NCBI RefSeq assembly: GCF_009834535.1
Contig: NC_045696.1
Location: 33,420,001-33,484,000 of the forward strand
Direction of reading: 5' to 3'
Origin: Camelus ferus
Taxonomy: Eukaryota
Length of the DNA stretch: 64,000 bases
The notes under the pieces are model-generated. The model worked only from the letters and a program-made list of their open reading frames with translations, was not told where the DNA came from and did not search any database. The position numbers and the translations under genes are program-made. Below are positions 12,431-23,720 of the stretch, piece after piece (position 1 is the first letter of the stretch; each line of letters begins with the position of its first letter).

Positions 12431-12477
12431 ATCTGTTTTACTGTTCCTGCTAACCCTGGTTACAAAAATTCCTTTTC
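12431..12477 (+). repeat. 47-bp dispersed direct repeat, copy 2
   Basis: atctgttttactgttcctgctaaccctggttacaaaaattccttttc. Confidence 0.95.
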
Positions 12478-12659
12478 CTGTTTCACAACTGCTCAAGGAT
12501 ACCTCCAAAAAGCTGGCTACTTCTGCATCTCAGACTCCAAACTCTCCTTTGAGACCAGACTGCCTTCGGAACACACTTTTAACTCTGATAAGAGAGCAGC
12601 AAACCTGCACCAACACAAAAACACACCTAACTCTAAATCCTTTTAAAACTTTGCCACTC

Positions 12660-13012
12660 AGTAGAATAGTAGCTGCCAGGGGGCTGAGGAGTGGGGAAAA
12701 TGGGAGACGGTCAAAGGATACAAACTTTCAGTTATAAGACAAATAAGTTACTGGGATCTAATGTACAGTATTCTGACTATAGTTCACAAGATTGTATTGT
12801 ATACTTGAGTGTTGCTATGAGAGAAGGGCTTTAATATTCTCACCATAACACCACCACCAATACGATGGTAATTATGTGAGGTAAAGAATGTGTTAATAAA
12901 CATTATTGGGGGTAAACCATTTGCAACACATGCCTTATCAAATCATCGCATTGTACACCTTAAACTTACACAACATTGTATGTCAATTATATATCAGTGA
13001 AGCTGGAAAAGA
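12660..13012 (+). mobile_element. L1MA/MB-like 3' end
   Basis: gtagaatagtagctgccagggg...caaaggatacaaactttcagttataagac...gtacaccttaaacttacacaac; possible degraded TSD aaaactttgccactc / aaaacttcaccaccc. Confidence 0.85.
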
Positions 13013-13706
13013 AAAACTTCACCACCCAAGATATTCTATAAGGCTGACTTTAAAAAACACACATCAACAGTCTTAGCACCAACAGATTTAAAGGACTGCT
13101 TTGTGTAGAATTTCCCCAGCTTGTTTCCCTGAGTTGAATTTCATCTCCCTAATTATATGCATATAGGAGACAGTAAAATCACAGAAATCAATGTGAAAGC
13201 TAAACAGATGACAAATGCTAAAGCAAAAACTTGTATGTGTGCATGTGATTATACCTGTATCCCATCAAAGACACAGTGTTCTTTGCTGAAATGTTATCAC
13301 TTGGAAAACCATTTTAATGGCTGCTCTGCCATTAGGAATGATCTTTTAAAAACACTTTCTTATACAAAAATAATATGTAACTAATGAAGACACCCATCCC
13401 CTGGATTCTAAAGCACCTTAATGAATAAATACCACAGCAGGAAAAAGATCACTTTGGGTTCCAGGGTTCTAATGTGGTTTCTAGGTCACTGTAGTACCTT
13501 TTAAGAGAAAGAATGTGACAAATTGACTACATGGGAAGCAATCAATCTATTTCGTAAATTAATGAAAAAGCTTCCATGATTCAGTTATATATTGAAATAC
13601 TTCCTTATGTTTTTCATTTGTTGATCCTTAAAGCAGCAAAGCAGGGGGAAAAAACTAGGTTGATGGGAATCCTAAATACAAAGTTTTCTTCAAGTTTTTT
13701 ATCCTT

Positions 13707-14614
13707 AAATGAATATATGTATGTAAATGCATGACTGGGACATTGTGCTGGACATTGTGCTGTATACCAGAAACTGATACATTGTAATTGACTGTATTTC
13801 AATAAGTTTTTTTTACCTTTTTTTTATTGAGTTATAGTCATTTTATAATGTTGTGTCAAATTCCAGTGTAGAGCACAATTTTTCAGTTATACATGATAAT
13901 ACACATATTCATTGTCACATATTTTTTTGCTGTGGGCTACCACAAGATCTTGTATATATTTCCCTGTGCTATACAGTATAATCTTGTTTATTTATTCTAC
14001 ATATGCCTGTCAGTATCTACAAATTTTGAACTCTCAGTCTGTCTCTTCCCACCCTCCTCCCCCCTGGCAACCACAAGTTTGTATTCTATGTCTATGAGTC
14101 TGTTTTTGTTTTGTAGTTATGTTCATTTTTTTTTTTAGATTCCACATATGAGCGATCTCATATGGTATTTTTCTTTCTCTTTCTGACTTACTTCACTTAG
14201 GATGACATTCTCCAGGGACATCCATGTTCTGCAAATGGCATTATGTTGTTGTTTTTATGGCTGAATAGTATTCCATTGTATAAATATACCACTTCTTCTT
14301 TATCCAGTCACCTATTGATGGACTTTTAGGCTGTTTCCATGTCATGGCTATTGTAAATAGTGCTGCTATGAACATTGGGGTGCAGGTGTCTTTTTGAAGT
14401 AGGGTTCCTTCTGGATATATGCCCAGGAGCGGGATGACTGGGTCATATGGTAAGTCTATTCCTAGTCTTTTGAGGAATCTCCATACTGTTTTCCACAGTG
14501 GCTACACCAAACTGCATTCCCACCAGCAGTGTAGGAGGGTTCCTTTTTCTCCACAGCCTCTCCAGCATGTGTCATTTGTGGAAAATTTTTTTAATGTAAA
14601 TGCAAAAAAAAAAA
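13707..14614 (+). mobile_element. Short young L1 3' end (about 100 bp + tail) containing an antisense L1
   Basis: 13707-13803 matches the L1 terminus at about 9150-9240; poly-A near 14604-14616; exact 15-bp TSD aagttttttatcctt (13692-13706, 14615-14629). Confidence 0.85.
13807..14582 (-). mobile_element. Young L1 3' end, antisense, different 3'UTR subtype
   Basis: Poly-T then ttattgagttatagtcatt; reverse-complement ORF2 C-terminus (ggctgaatagtattccattgta; ccaaactgcattcccaccagcagtgtagg). Confidence 0.92.
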
Positions 14615-14637
14615 AAGTTTTTTATCCTTGCATTTTT

Positions 14638-14764
14638 TGGGGGAAGGGGGAGGTTAGGTTTGTTTGTTTGTTTGTTTAATTTTAATGGAGGTACTGGGGA
14701 TTGAACCCAGGACTTCATGCATGCTAGGCACACACTCTGCCACTGAGTTATATCCTCCCCCAAG
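14638..14764 (-). mobile_element. tRNA-derived SINE (Vic-1-like)
   Basis: Reverse complement gggggaggatataactcagtggcagagtgtgtgcctagcatgcatgaagtcctgggttcaatccccagtacctcc, (AAAC)n; TSD ccttgcattttt (14626-14637, 14765-14776). Confidence 0.92.
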
Positions 14765-15121
14765 CCTTGCATTTTTATGAAAGGAAAAAATATCAGAATG
14801 TGTCTCCATGGAGCCACTGAATCTAGGGTTTTGATTGAAATTATCTTTTAAAAACTTTTTATTCAAAGATAATTTTAAAGAGGATAAAATGGTGTCTTTA
14901 TTAAACATGTCATTCTATATTCAGAAATTAAGGATTTGGGGGCTCTCATAGAAGTCAAGAAGATATGAAGTGTGAGTGAGTGTGTAGGGGTGTGTGTGTG
15001 TAAGTGTTAAGGAGGGGTGAGAAAACAGACAAATGTAATTTATACACAGTATTTATTATAGACACTATTCTATACTTTTCTCTGGCTGGTTATGAATTTC
15101 TAATCAAATCTCATAGCTCTT

Positions 15122-15299
15122 TTTTTTCTTATTGAAGTATAGTCAGTTACAATGTGTTAATTTCTGGTATGAGAACTGGTTAAAGAAGCTGTGGTGTATT
15201 TATACAATGGAATACTACTCAGCCATAAAAAAGAATAAAATAATGTCACTTGCAGCAACATGGATGGATCTAGGGATCATCATTCTAAATAAAGTTAAG
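15122..15299 (-). mobile_element. L1 with 5' inversion/deletion (twin priming)
   Basis: Antisense terminus 15122-15170 joined to a sense ORF2-end piece at about 15175-15299; TSD tcatagctctt (15111-15121, 15300-15310). Confidence 0.9.
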
Positions 15300-16650
15300 T
15301 CATAGCTCTTAAAGTGGAAGTAACTTCCTATCTTTTGTGAGCCTGATTAAATTTAGCATTCATGATATGCAAGATTTTAAAACAGAAGAGCATATTTGAC
15401 ATGAAGAAACTTGATTAGGAAACACAGCACCGATTTCCTTTCTCCCACCTCTTCCCACACCTCTATTCTAAGTTTCTAGAGATAGTATCTTGTACTGAAG
15501 GGGCTCTGTAGGGCCTGTTCCTTTATTGCAGGAACTGTGAAAGTGATGGCATTGACCTATCCTCAGGCTGACCTTGGATGAGTGGTTGGCTGTTTTTTCC
15601 TCTTGGAAAAATGTCCTCCTGGAAAAATTTAGATATCCTCCAAAATCCCAGGAGAGAAAAGAAGACTGTGGTAGTTTGAGCCACACAAATTGATATTTAT
15701 AGAATATTGTATCTCCAAACATCAGGAAACACATTCTTCTCAATTGTACATGGACTATGCACTAAGAATGGGCAATACATCAAGTCTCAGTAAGTTTCAA
15801 AGAATTAAATCATATAGAATGTTCTCAAAATCTTCAAATATCAGAAATTAAGCAATCCACTTCCAAATAAATATGTTTACAGAATAAATCACAGTGAATA
15901 TTTAAATACTATTTCTAAACAAATAACAAAGAAAACGCAGTACTTCAGTTTATCCCAGTTAGGCAATGTTTGGAGGGAAATATATTTTTTTAAATATCGC
16001 TATTAGAAAAAAAAAGATGCAAAATCAGTTATCTATGCTGCCAACTTAAGAGCTATATTAAAAAGTCAAATTAAAATGAAATTAATAAAAGAAATAAAAA
16101 GAGTGGAAATTAGTGAAATATAAAAGAGATAGACAATAGCTAAAATCAACAGTCAGAAATTGATTCTTTGATAAAGTTATTAAAATTGTTAAATCCTTAG
16201 GAAGATTGATAATACAAAAAAAAGAGAAATACAGAGGGAAAAAACACGAATTACCAATGTTGTACTAAGAGAGGGAACAACATTACAGGTGATACTGACA
16301 TTTAAAAGATTATAATAACATTGTGCCAATAAAATTGACAACTTATGTGAAATGAATGTAGTCCTTGAAAATCACAACTTGCCAAATCTGAATCAAGAAT
16401 TAGAAAATCTGATTAGCCCTATACATGTTGCTGAGTTTTTTTAATTAAAAAAAAAAAACCCACAAGAAAATTTCAGACACAGATTGCTTCACTGGTGAAT
16501 TCAATGAACACTTGAGGAAGATTAATACCATATCATGCAAAGCTTTTAAGAAACTAGAGGAGGAGGTATAACATCTTCCTTAAAGATGAGGATTGGTACA
16601 GAACAGACTAAGTCAGATGACCTGGGGATACACTGAGCTGCCCCTAATGA

Positions 16651-16779
16651 AGTTCTTGGCTTAAATTCTTACTTACGACCTTACTAATACTGCTAACTAT
16701 ATTATTTATATTTTGTCTGTTTTACAAAATTGTTGTTTCTTGCATTACCAGATATGTGACTGAGCCTCTGATAAAATAA
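16651..16779 (+). pseudogene. env: ERV env membrane-spanning domain remnant
   Basis: Translates SSWLKFLLTTLLILLTILFIFCLFYKIVVSCITRYVTEPLIK*, upstream of an ERV1-like LTR segment. Confidence 0.55.
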
Positions 16780-17039
16780 TGACTAGGCAACTTGAAACAG
16801 TAGACCAGGTATATACTTGTGTATGAGCCTAATGATTGTAATAGTGCAACTCTAGATATGGGAAGAAGCAACAAGAGGGAGTATTTTCCTGGATCACAAC
16901 AGGCTAGTAATACACGTGGTCCAGAGACGTTTTTGCTACTGTTAATAAGGCCTAGTCCCATAATAGCACACTGAGTGGCCTATCAATAAAATCCTCGCCT
17001 GACCTAGGAATAAACATTCCTAACACTGTGGGATGAAAT

Positions 17040-17357
17040 GGTTGTGCCAAGCCATGGTCAAATTTGTGATCATGAGGGCACTCGCCATCTCCCTCTACAA
17101 GGACTGGATCACGTGGGCACTTGCCATCTACCTCTGCTTGGATTAAATCATGAGCCGCTGCAGCTGCTGACCTCCAACAAACCCTGAAAGGAGTGCAGGG
17201 TGACAATCAGGAATGAGGCGCTCTGTGCTCTGGGAAAACTGGCTGAACAGGCCTTCAGATAGATGTTTTCAGAAGAAGATTTTATGAGCCCAAATTCTTG
17301 CATCTCCTCATATCTAGAAAAGCACTAAAGTCATTAACAGTGACATCTGCTTTGGCC
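17040..17357 (+). mobile_element. Cetartiodactyl ERV1 LTR U3 part
   Basis: gctgcagctgctgacc...ccctgaaaggag...caggaatgaggc...ttcttgcatctcctcatatctagaaaagcactaa recalled from bovid/camelid ERV1 LTRs; internal tandem duplication of about 39 bp. Confidence 0.65.
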
Positions 17358-17603
17358 ATTAAGGAGAAAAAAATGCATTTGAAAATCAAAATGGAATAGC
17401 TGTAGTTCAGACATCCAAGGTAAAACTAGGTAACCAGTGTAGACGTGATTTCAGACAAGTTTCTGTATTGACGAGAACTTGGGTTTTCTGAGCGATGTCA
17501 AAATTAGAATGCCACCAGCCATTCTCAGAGCAGTGTCTGCTGGCCACTTGTAGCTACACCCTTATGGGTTTAAGTTCTCCTCTTGTAGTTATTGAGTTTC
17601 TGG

Positions 17604-17838
17604 ATTCATTCTGCCTGTTGTACTTTCATACCAGATGAATCCAGGAGCATCACAACTGCCCTAGAGGACATGAAGCAACACATTCATAATGTAGGGGGTT
17701 CAGATGCATATGTGTGAGAAGTTACATCTCCGGTTAACAGCTGGTTTTCTGGCCTCTTTTCGTGTATACCTCAAGGTCTCAAATCCACTCTTACGGGAAT
17801 TCTACAGGTTCTGTTATCACTTCTGTTAACAAAAGTTG

Positions 17839-17839
<1 letters not shown>
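17604..17839 (+). pseudogene. env: Second ERV env TM ectodomain/TM remnant
   Basis: Translates IHSACCTFIPDESRSITTALEDMKQHIHNV...(TGA 17715)...SWFSGLF...ILQVLLSLLL; the CC-TFIPD text fits the end of a gamma-type CX6CC motif. Confidence 0.65.

Positions 17840-17899
<60 letters not shown>
17840..17899 (+). repeat. (GATA)15 microsatellite
   Basis: 15 perfect GATA units. Confidence 0.97.
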
Positions 17900-17900
<1 letters not shown>

Positions 17901-19229
17901 AATTTAGACTAAAAAAAAAAAGAAACTAGAGGAGGAGGAAACACTTTCCAACTTGCTTTTTTGAAACCCATATAACCCTGATGCAAAAATCAAAGTTATT
18001 AGAAGCAAAAAAAATTGCAGACTGATATTCCTTGTGAACGTAAGAAAACATCAGTAAATCTCATCCAACAATACATAAAAAGGATAACACCATGACCAAA
18101 TAGGTTTTATCCCCGGACTGTGAAACGTTTCACATAAAAAGTCAATCAATGTAATCTGCTACCTATTTAAAAAAATCATGTAATGACATCAATAGGTACA
18201 GAAAATACCATATGACAAAAGTCAACACTGATTCATGATAAAAGCTATCAGCAAACTAAGAAGAGGGTATTCTGATCTAGAAGCAGGCAGCTGTCACAAT
18301 CTATAGCTCACATCATACTTAAAGAGGAAATCCTAAACACTCCCTCCACCTTAACGTTGGGAATAACGAAAGACTGTCTTCTTTCAGCATTTCTATCCAA
18401 CTTTGTACCATAGCTATGGAAGTGGGATCACATCTGTTTAAACGCTTCTGAAGGGAGTGGTGTCACTAGACAGACACTATTATGATTACTTGTAGCCAAA
18501 CTTTTCTGTAGGGAATACACTAATTTTAGTCAAAAAGTTTCTAAGAAAATGTAGCCTGGACTTACTGTTACACAGGTGAATCATGGGGTCTGGTGATGAA
18601 AAAATGTAGGTTCCCTGGTTTTCTGAAATCTGTTTAATGGTAAATGAACCTCAAGTTTAATCCATCCCATTAGTAAATGGCTGGATCAATAAGTCTTTGC
18701 AAAGGACGTCGAGGTTATTTATTAACCATAAAAGCACACACAAAGGGAGTAGGATAAAACTTCATAATCTCACATTAATTTGATTTGAAATTTCTACTTG
18801 GTTGGTGAAAGATAATTCAATACATGTGCTTAGTGTATAATAATTTGGGAGATACAACAGAATATTTTATGATATCAGTGGAGGTTTATTAATCATAATT
18901 TTGCAAAACAGTGTAGACAGTTATACAGAAATCAAAGAAGCCACGTGGCAATTATTTATTTTGCAATAGTAGAAAATTTCCCATTGCTACTCTAGTAGGG
19001 ATCTAGATGGATACAAGGCACTTTCACAGTGCTGTTTCTCAGTCAAAAGAAGGAATAAACATCATCCACCAGAAACAGCCAATAAACATTGTATTGCATT
19101 TAAACAAAATGTGTAGTTGTGCATTTAAATAAAATCTGGAGTATAATTTGAGCTGCAAAATACTGTGCTAATGCATTGGAAAAAGGTGAACTGTTGAATT
19201 TTATGAATGGGCTTGCACAGCCTGATTAC

Positions 19230-19990
19230 AGTCATTCACTCATTTTTCCTTGAGCAATTCATTATTGAGAAACAACCATATGCTTGACACTGAGTTTGGT
19301 AATGAAAACTGGAAATAGAAAAAGTAGACAAGACACGGACACTCTCTTCTCCAGTATAAGAAATAGATGAGGACATTGGGAAATTTGTGTAATAGCATCT
19401 TGTAGTGACTGTGGCAGATACAGATGCTGCAGGCTACACAACACTGAGTGAAGTCAGGACTTGAAGAGGAGGAGCACTGTTACCATGGGATTCTTTCTCA
19501 CTAGCTTGCTTTAAAGGCACATGGGCACTGAAAACTGGGAGTTTGTTAAAAAGAGAGAAAGAAAAGGAGAAAGACCATTCCAGGTTGAGGGGGGAAGAAA
19601 AGCTTCTGGAGGTACTAAATGCTGCCTAGCTTGAGTGTGAAAGATTGAAAGGCTGAGTCCTGGGAGCCTGCCTCGTAGAAAGCAGGAGGAGAGCTGAAGT
19701 AACGGCAGAGAAAACATAAAGCTTGACACAGAGCTGCAGCAAGGTCGCAAATGACGTTCAAGCCTAGGAATAAGTGGGAATTTATCCCATCGACAAGGGA
19801 CAGGAAAGAGCTATTTTAAAACCAGGAAGTTATGTGATGAATTATGTTTTTAGGGAGACTCTTTTGTGGCAATTTATCAGACGGATTTGACTAGTGAGAG
19901 GCTTGTAGCGATGCAGCCAGTCAGGAAACTGAAGCAGTATTTCAAGTGAGAGATGAGGACCTGGACTGAACACAGAGATAATGGCAGCAT
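19230..19990 (-). mobile_element. L2 3' fragment
   Basis: cattcactcattt...ttattgag tail; ggaaactgaagcagtatttcaagtgagagatgagg. Confidence 0.7.
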
Positions 19991-21224
19991 CTAAAATGAA
20001 ATTTTATCCTATTGCTATGTACGTGGGCACTGTTGATTTTTTTATGCAATGCATAGGAATGATTTTACCATGCACAATCCTTCTACACTGTTCCTGTGTG
20101 TCTTCATTTGTTTCTTTATTAACTAATTCCCCTTTCCCTTCCCCTCTAAGCTAAACTCTCATCCTTTATGTGATGGGAGTGTTAAAATGATCGACACTTG
20201 ATTCTCAATGTGAGCATCTTAACGGTTTAAAACAACAGCATTCTAATGGGAGAGACTGGAATTTCTCCAGCATGTGCTGAAGCACTTTTTAGAGCTAAAA
20301 ACCCCTAATAATGGCAATCTTCTTCCCATTCTCTTTCTATTTGATTTTGGTGAAGGAAGAAAATGATACAATAAGAGGTTTATGATTTTTCTCTGCAAGA
20401 ATTATACTTTTATGCTCTTGCAAAAACAGTAGGGCGCATGTGTACATTTGAGTGTGAAGCTGATGTTTGCTACTAATCATTTTACCAACAGGGGAAAGGA
20501 ATGAGATCAAAGGTCTAAACATTGGATTTTTTTTCTTTAACTTGCAGTTTTAAAAATAATATACATATCTTAAATTGCTGAGGTAACTTTTTTTTTTAAT
20601 TTTGCAAAACCCAATGTTTGGCAAAATAAAAGGTATATAGTGATGGTGGTGTTTGTTAAAAGTCTGGTTCTTGATGGAATTTCAACAATACAATACTTAG
20701 AATTACTATGCTCAGAATTTCAGTATTTCCCTAGCCTGTTCCTTTCAAAGTCAAGTAGATAGTCTAGTTGGCAAAGGACAACGGTCTATTTTCCAGGGAA
20801 CCACATCTTAGTCAGGAAGTCCTGTTTCTGTGCTCAGAGAATGTGTGATTCCTAGGGGTGTGTGCAGCCCTATAGGTATAGGTGTGAAGAATAAGAGAGA
20901 GGTGCATTCTCCCACTGCGGCTTATGACAGGCTGCTGTAACCTCCTACCAGAGAGAACTGGTCGGTTTGTGCAGCCTGGTGATAACCCTTAGCCTTCGCA
21001 TATATATCAGCTCAGTGAGACAGAGGGGCCATCATTCTCATCTATGTATCTTACACAGTCTTGAATATGGTAGACACTCAATAATTATTCCATCAATCAA
21101 ATTAGTCTAAAGTTCCAGAGTGTCTAACGTATGAAGCATTTTCCCTAACTTTCCAGTCTCAAAGTTATGTTAAGAGGGATGCCTTGAAGGAAAAATAAAA
21201 TCTATATTTTAAGAAGGCAGTCTT

Positions 21225-21360
21225 TGAGGTGAATGTGGCAGAAAGCTGGCCCTGAATGAATCTTTGATTTGACTGCCAGTCCTGCTGCACACTGACTTTA
21301 TACCAGAGACAAGTTTCCTAGCCCTGCTGAACCTCAGATTCCATACCTGTACTCAAAGTA
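21225..21360. mobile_element. MIR fragment
   Basis: gacaagtttcctagccctgctgaacctcagattccatacctgta. Confidence 0.55.
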
Positions 21361-22411
21361 GCTGATTCTTCCATCTCATCCATGATATGACACTGATTCC
21401 CCAAGACTGAATTGTGATAATGGCCAAGGCAGGGAGACAGGGGACATTAGTGTCGTGCACACACAGCCCACATACTGGTACCCATGACAGAGGTGTCTAC
21501 CACCTCGGGACACTTTAGGCAACAGAGTCACTAGCTTTCTCCTGGTTATTCTCTACAGCTTCTCACGAGTCTCTGTGAGGATGTGCACTGGTTGAGGTCA
21601 CCACTTACACTGCAAGTAACACAGAGCCACTCTATCCAGAGGCATCGGCTTTCATTTTCTTTGCTAGTTCTACATCATGATTTTGATTCCTCTGTCTGTT
21701 CATGTTGTATCATAATAAAGGTGAGACTGCTTGGGATATTGAAGATATAATTCGGCCAAGTATAAACAGGCGTCAAAAACTGCTGAACAGGAGGATGATT
21801 ACCCTGTCAGCTGAGTGCGAGTCTGGGGCTAGCAAGTAATCACACTATTCTATCAGCTGACTCTCCTCCTCTGCTGCCAAGGAGCAGCTAGTGGTGTTTA
21901 ACTCCTTGCCAGCTTTGTTACATCAAAGTGTATATACTGGGTTTTTTTCAATGATGTTATGAAGTTTTTTACACCTTCTGATATATTTTCACTTCCCATT
22001 ACATCACAAATATAAGTTGTTTATATTATAGTGACGATCTAAATCAAAAAGTTTTGCAGACATATAAGAAAAAAAAACACAAACATATGTGGAGAATGGT
22101 CTTAGATACATTTCTAAATAACCTTTTTAATACTGAAAAAGATAGGATAACTAAAAAATAACAGTTCGGTGATTTTAGAATTAAACCCAGCATATGTAAA
22201 ACTGCAGACATACTCTATGTCACCCCCTTCAAGTCATGATTTATAGTAGAATTCCTAAGCACTGGCAGGTCATCTAAGAACCGGAAGACTTTCTTGCAGT
22301 TTTCCAAAACTACCTGGCTTCAAAGTCATGGATATTTCTTAACACTAGAGACACCAGAAGTCTCGGGGTCCCCTGTGTTCCGGGGAAATCTTTGCAAAGA
22401 GATGGTGTGTT

Positions 22412-22580
22412 CCTGTTCTTCTCAAAATGTAACGTGTGTTTGAAGTATCTGGGGATCTTATTAACATGCAGATTCTGGTGCAGTAGCTCTTGGATGGGGC
22501 CTGAGAGGAGGGCTGTAATAAGGTCCCAGGGGAGGCAGGTGCTACTGGATGGTGGAGTACACACTGAGTGGCAACGATAT
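22412..22580. mobile_element. MER5A-like hAT-Charlie DNA transposon
   Basis: ttctcaaaatgt...ctggggatcttattaacatgcagattctg...gatggggcctgaga...cacactgagtggca. Confidence 0.75.
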
Positions 22581-23701
22581 AGACTCCTCTCCTGCCAGGT
22601 AACACCAAGTTAGCTGATTTCTTAGTATATAGCCTACATGAAAGATGAAGCTGTGGACCCTTGTTTTGGCCTGTCCTATAGCAACAGATGATCTCTACTA
22701 GCACAGTGCCTGGCATATGTTAGTATCTACTTGATGAACTACTAATCTAGACCCTAAGTTCTGTTACAAACCAGGGCCATGTTTAAATAGCTATCACCCC
22801 CATGACACAGTAAGGACTCTACTAAATAGTAAGGATAATAAGGACTGTGACAAGTGAGGAGCTGTGTGTAATCTCTGACGAAATACTGCTTAAAAGTAAA
22901 CAGTCACAAGATGTTTTTCTTTGATTGATACAGCTATTAATTCATGTATCATTATGGGAAGCAAACTGAGCTTTTGGAGTTGTAGGCGTGTGGAGACTTT
23001 CAATTATAAACTTATTTTAAGTTTGTGTCAAGCTGTGCTATACCAAATTACGTGGGTCATTTTAGAGGTCTTCATGAGTAATTATTTAAACATCTCTTTT
23101 AAATAAATACAGAAACTTTAAATACCACAGCTAATGTTACAAAGGTGTCAACATACGGGCAAACACAGATTCCTAATTCTATTTTTTAAGAAACAAACCA
23201 GTCTACTAAATATATCATACTCCATCAAAAAAGAATTTCCAATATACTCTCATAGTTACTAACAAAGAAATTCAGAGGTCTTCTAGAAGTTAGGACATGT
23301 TTTTCAAGTGACTAGATAATATGAGTATGGAAGCTGTGTAGTTTGAAATTTTCTTGGTAAGTAATGAAGCTAAATAGGTATAACAATAATATGAAAAGAA
23401 GAAAATACTGACACAATATCTATTTATACACTTCCTTTAGTGTTATTGACATTTGATAAATTGAAGCAAGATTAAAACCAGCATGCAAATTATAAAATGT
23501 GTCCATTTACTGCATCAAAAGGAATTACGATAAACTTAATTTTAGAACTGTTTTTAAATAAAAAGTTGTTAAACCCATTTACGTGGTTTATTATTTTCCT
23601 TTTAATTTAAAAAGGGTTTGCTAAATTGACTTCAAGTTTCTGTGACTGTTTCTTTTACAAGCATAGAGCACTTTGTTTCAAATTTTAGACTATGTAGATA
23701 A

Positions 23702-23720
23702 TGGCTCCCTCTACCGGTCA
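23702..23720 (-). promoter_or_regulatory. Candidate CTCF site
   Basis: Reverse complement TGACCGGTAGAGGGAGCCA resembles the CTCF core; GC-rich with an intact CpG in AT-rich unique DNA. Confidence 0.4.

Larger units (their letters stand above)
16567..17919 (+). mobile_element. L1-retroposed chimeric ERV cassette (env TM remnant, ERV1 LTR U3 part, second env TM remnant, (GATA)n, poly-A)
   Basis: Exact 19-bp TSD aagaaactagaggaggagg (16548-16566, 17920-17938) preceded by TTTT; A-tail from 17911. Confidence 0.8.
15700..18410 (+). mobile_element. Old L1 ORF2 fragment, interrupted at 16567-17919
   Basis: Degenerate ORF2 (aaaatcaacagtcagaaattgattctttgataaag; cagattgcttcactggtgaattc; tcaatcaatgtaatc); colinear across the insert. 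Confidence 0.85.

Noticed and set aside
14680..14764. tRNA gene suggested by A/B boxes (also 7550-7625 and 62335-62407)
   Set aside because: TSDs, A-rich tails and multiple diverged copies identify these as SINEs; no convincing cloverleaf.
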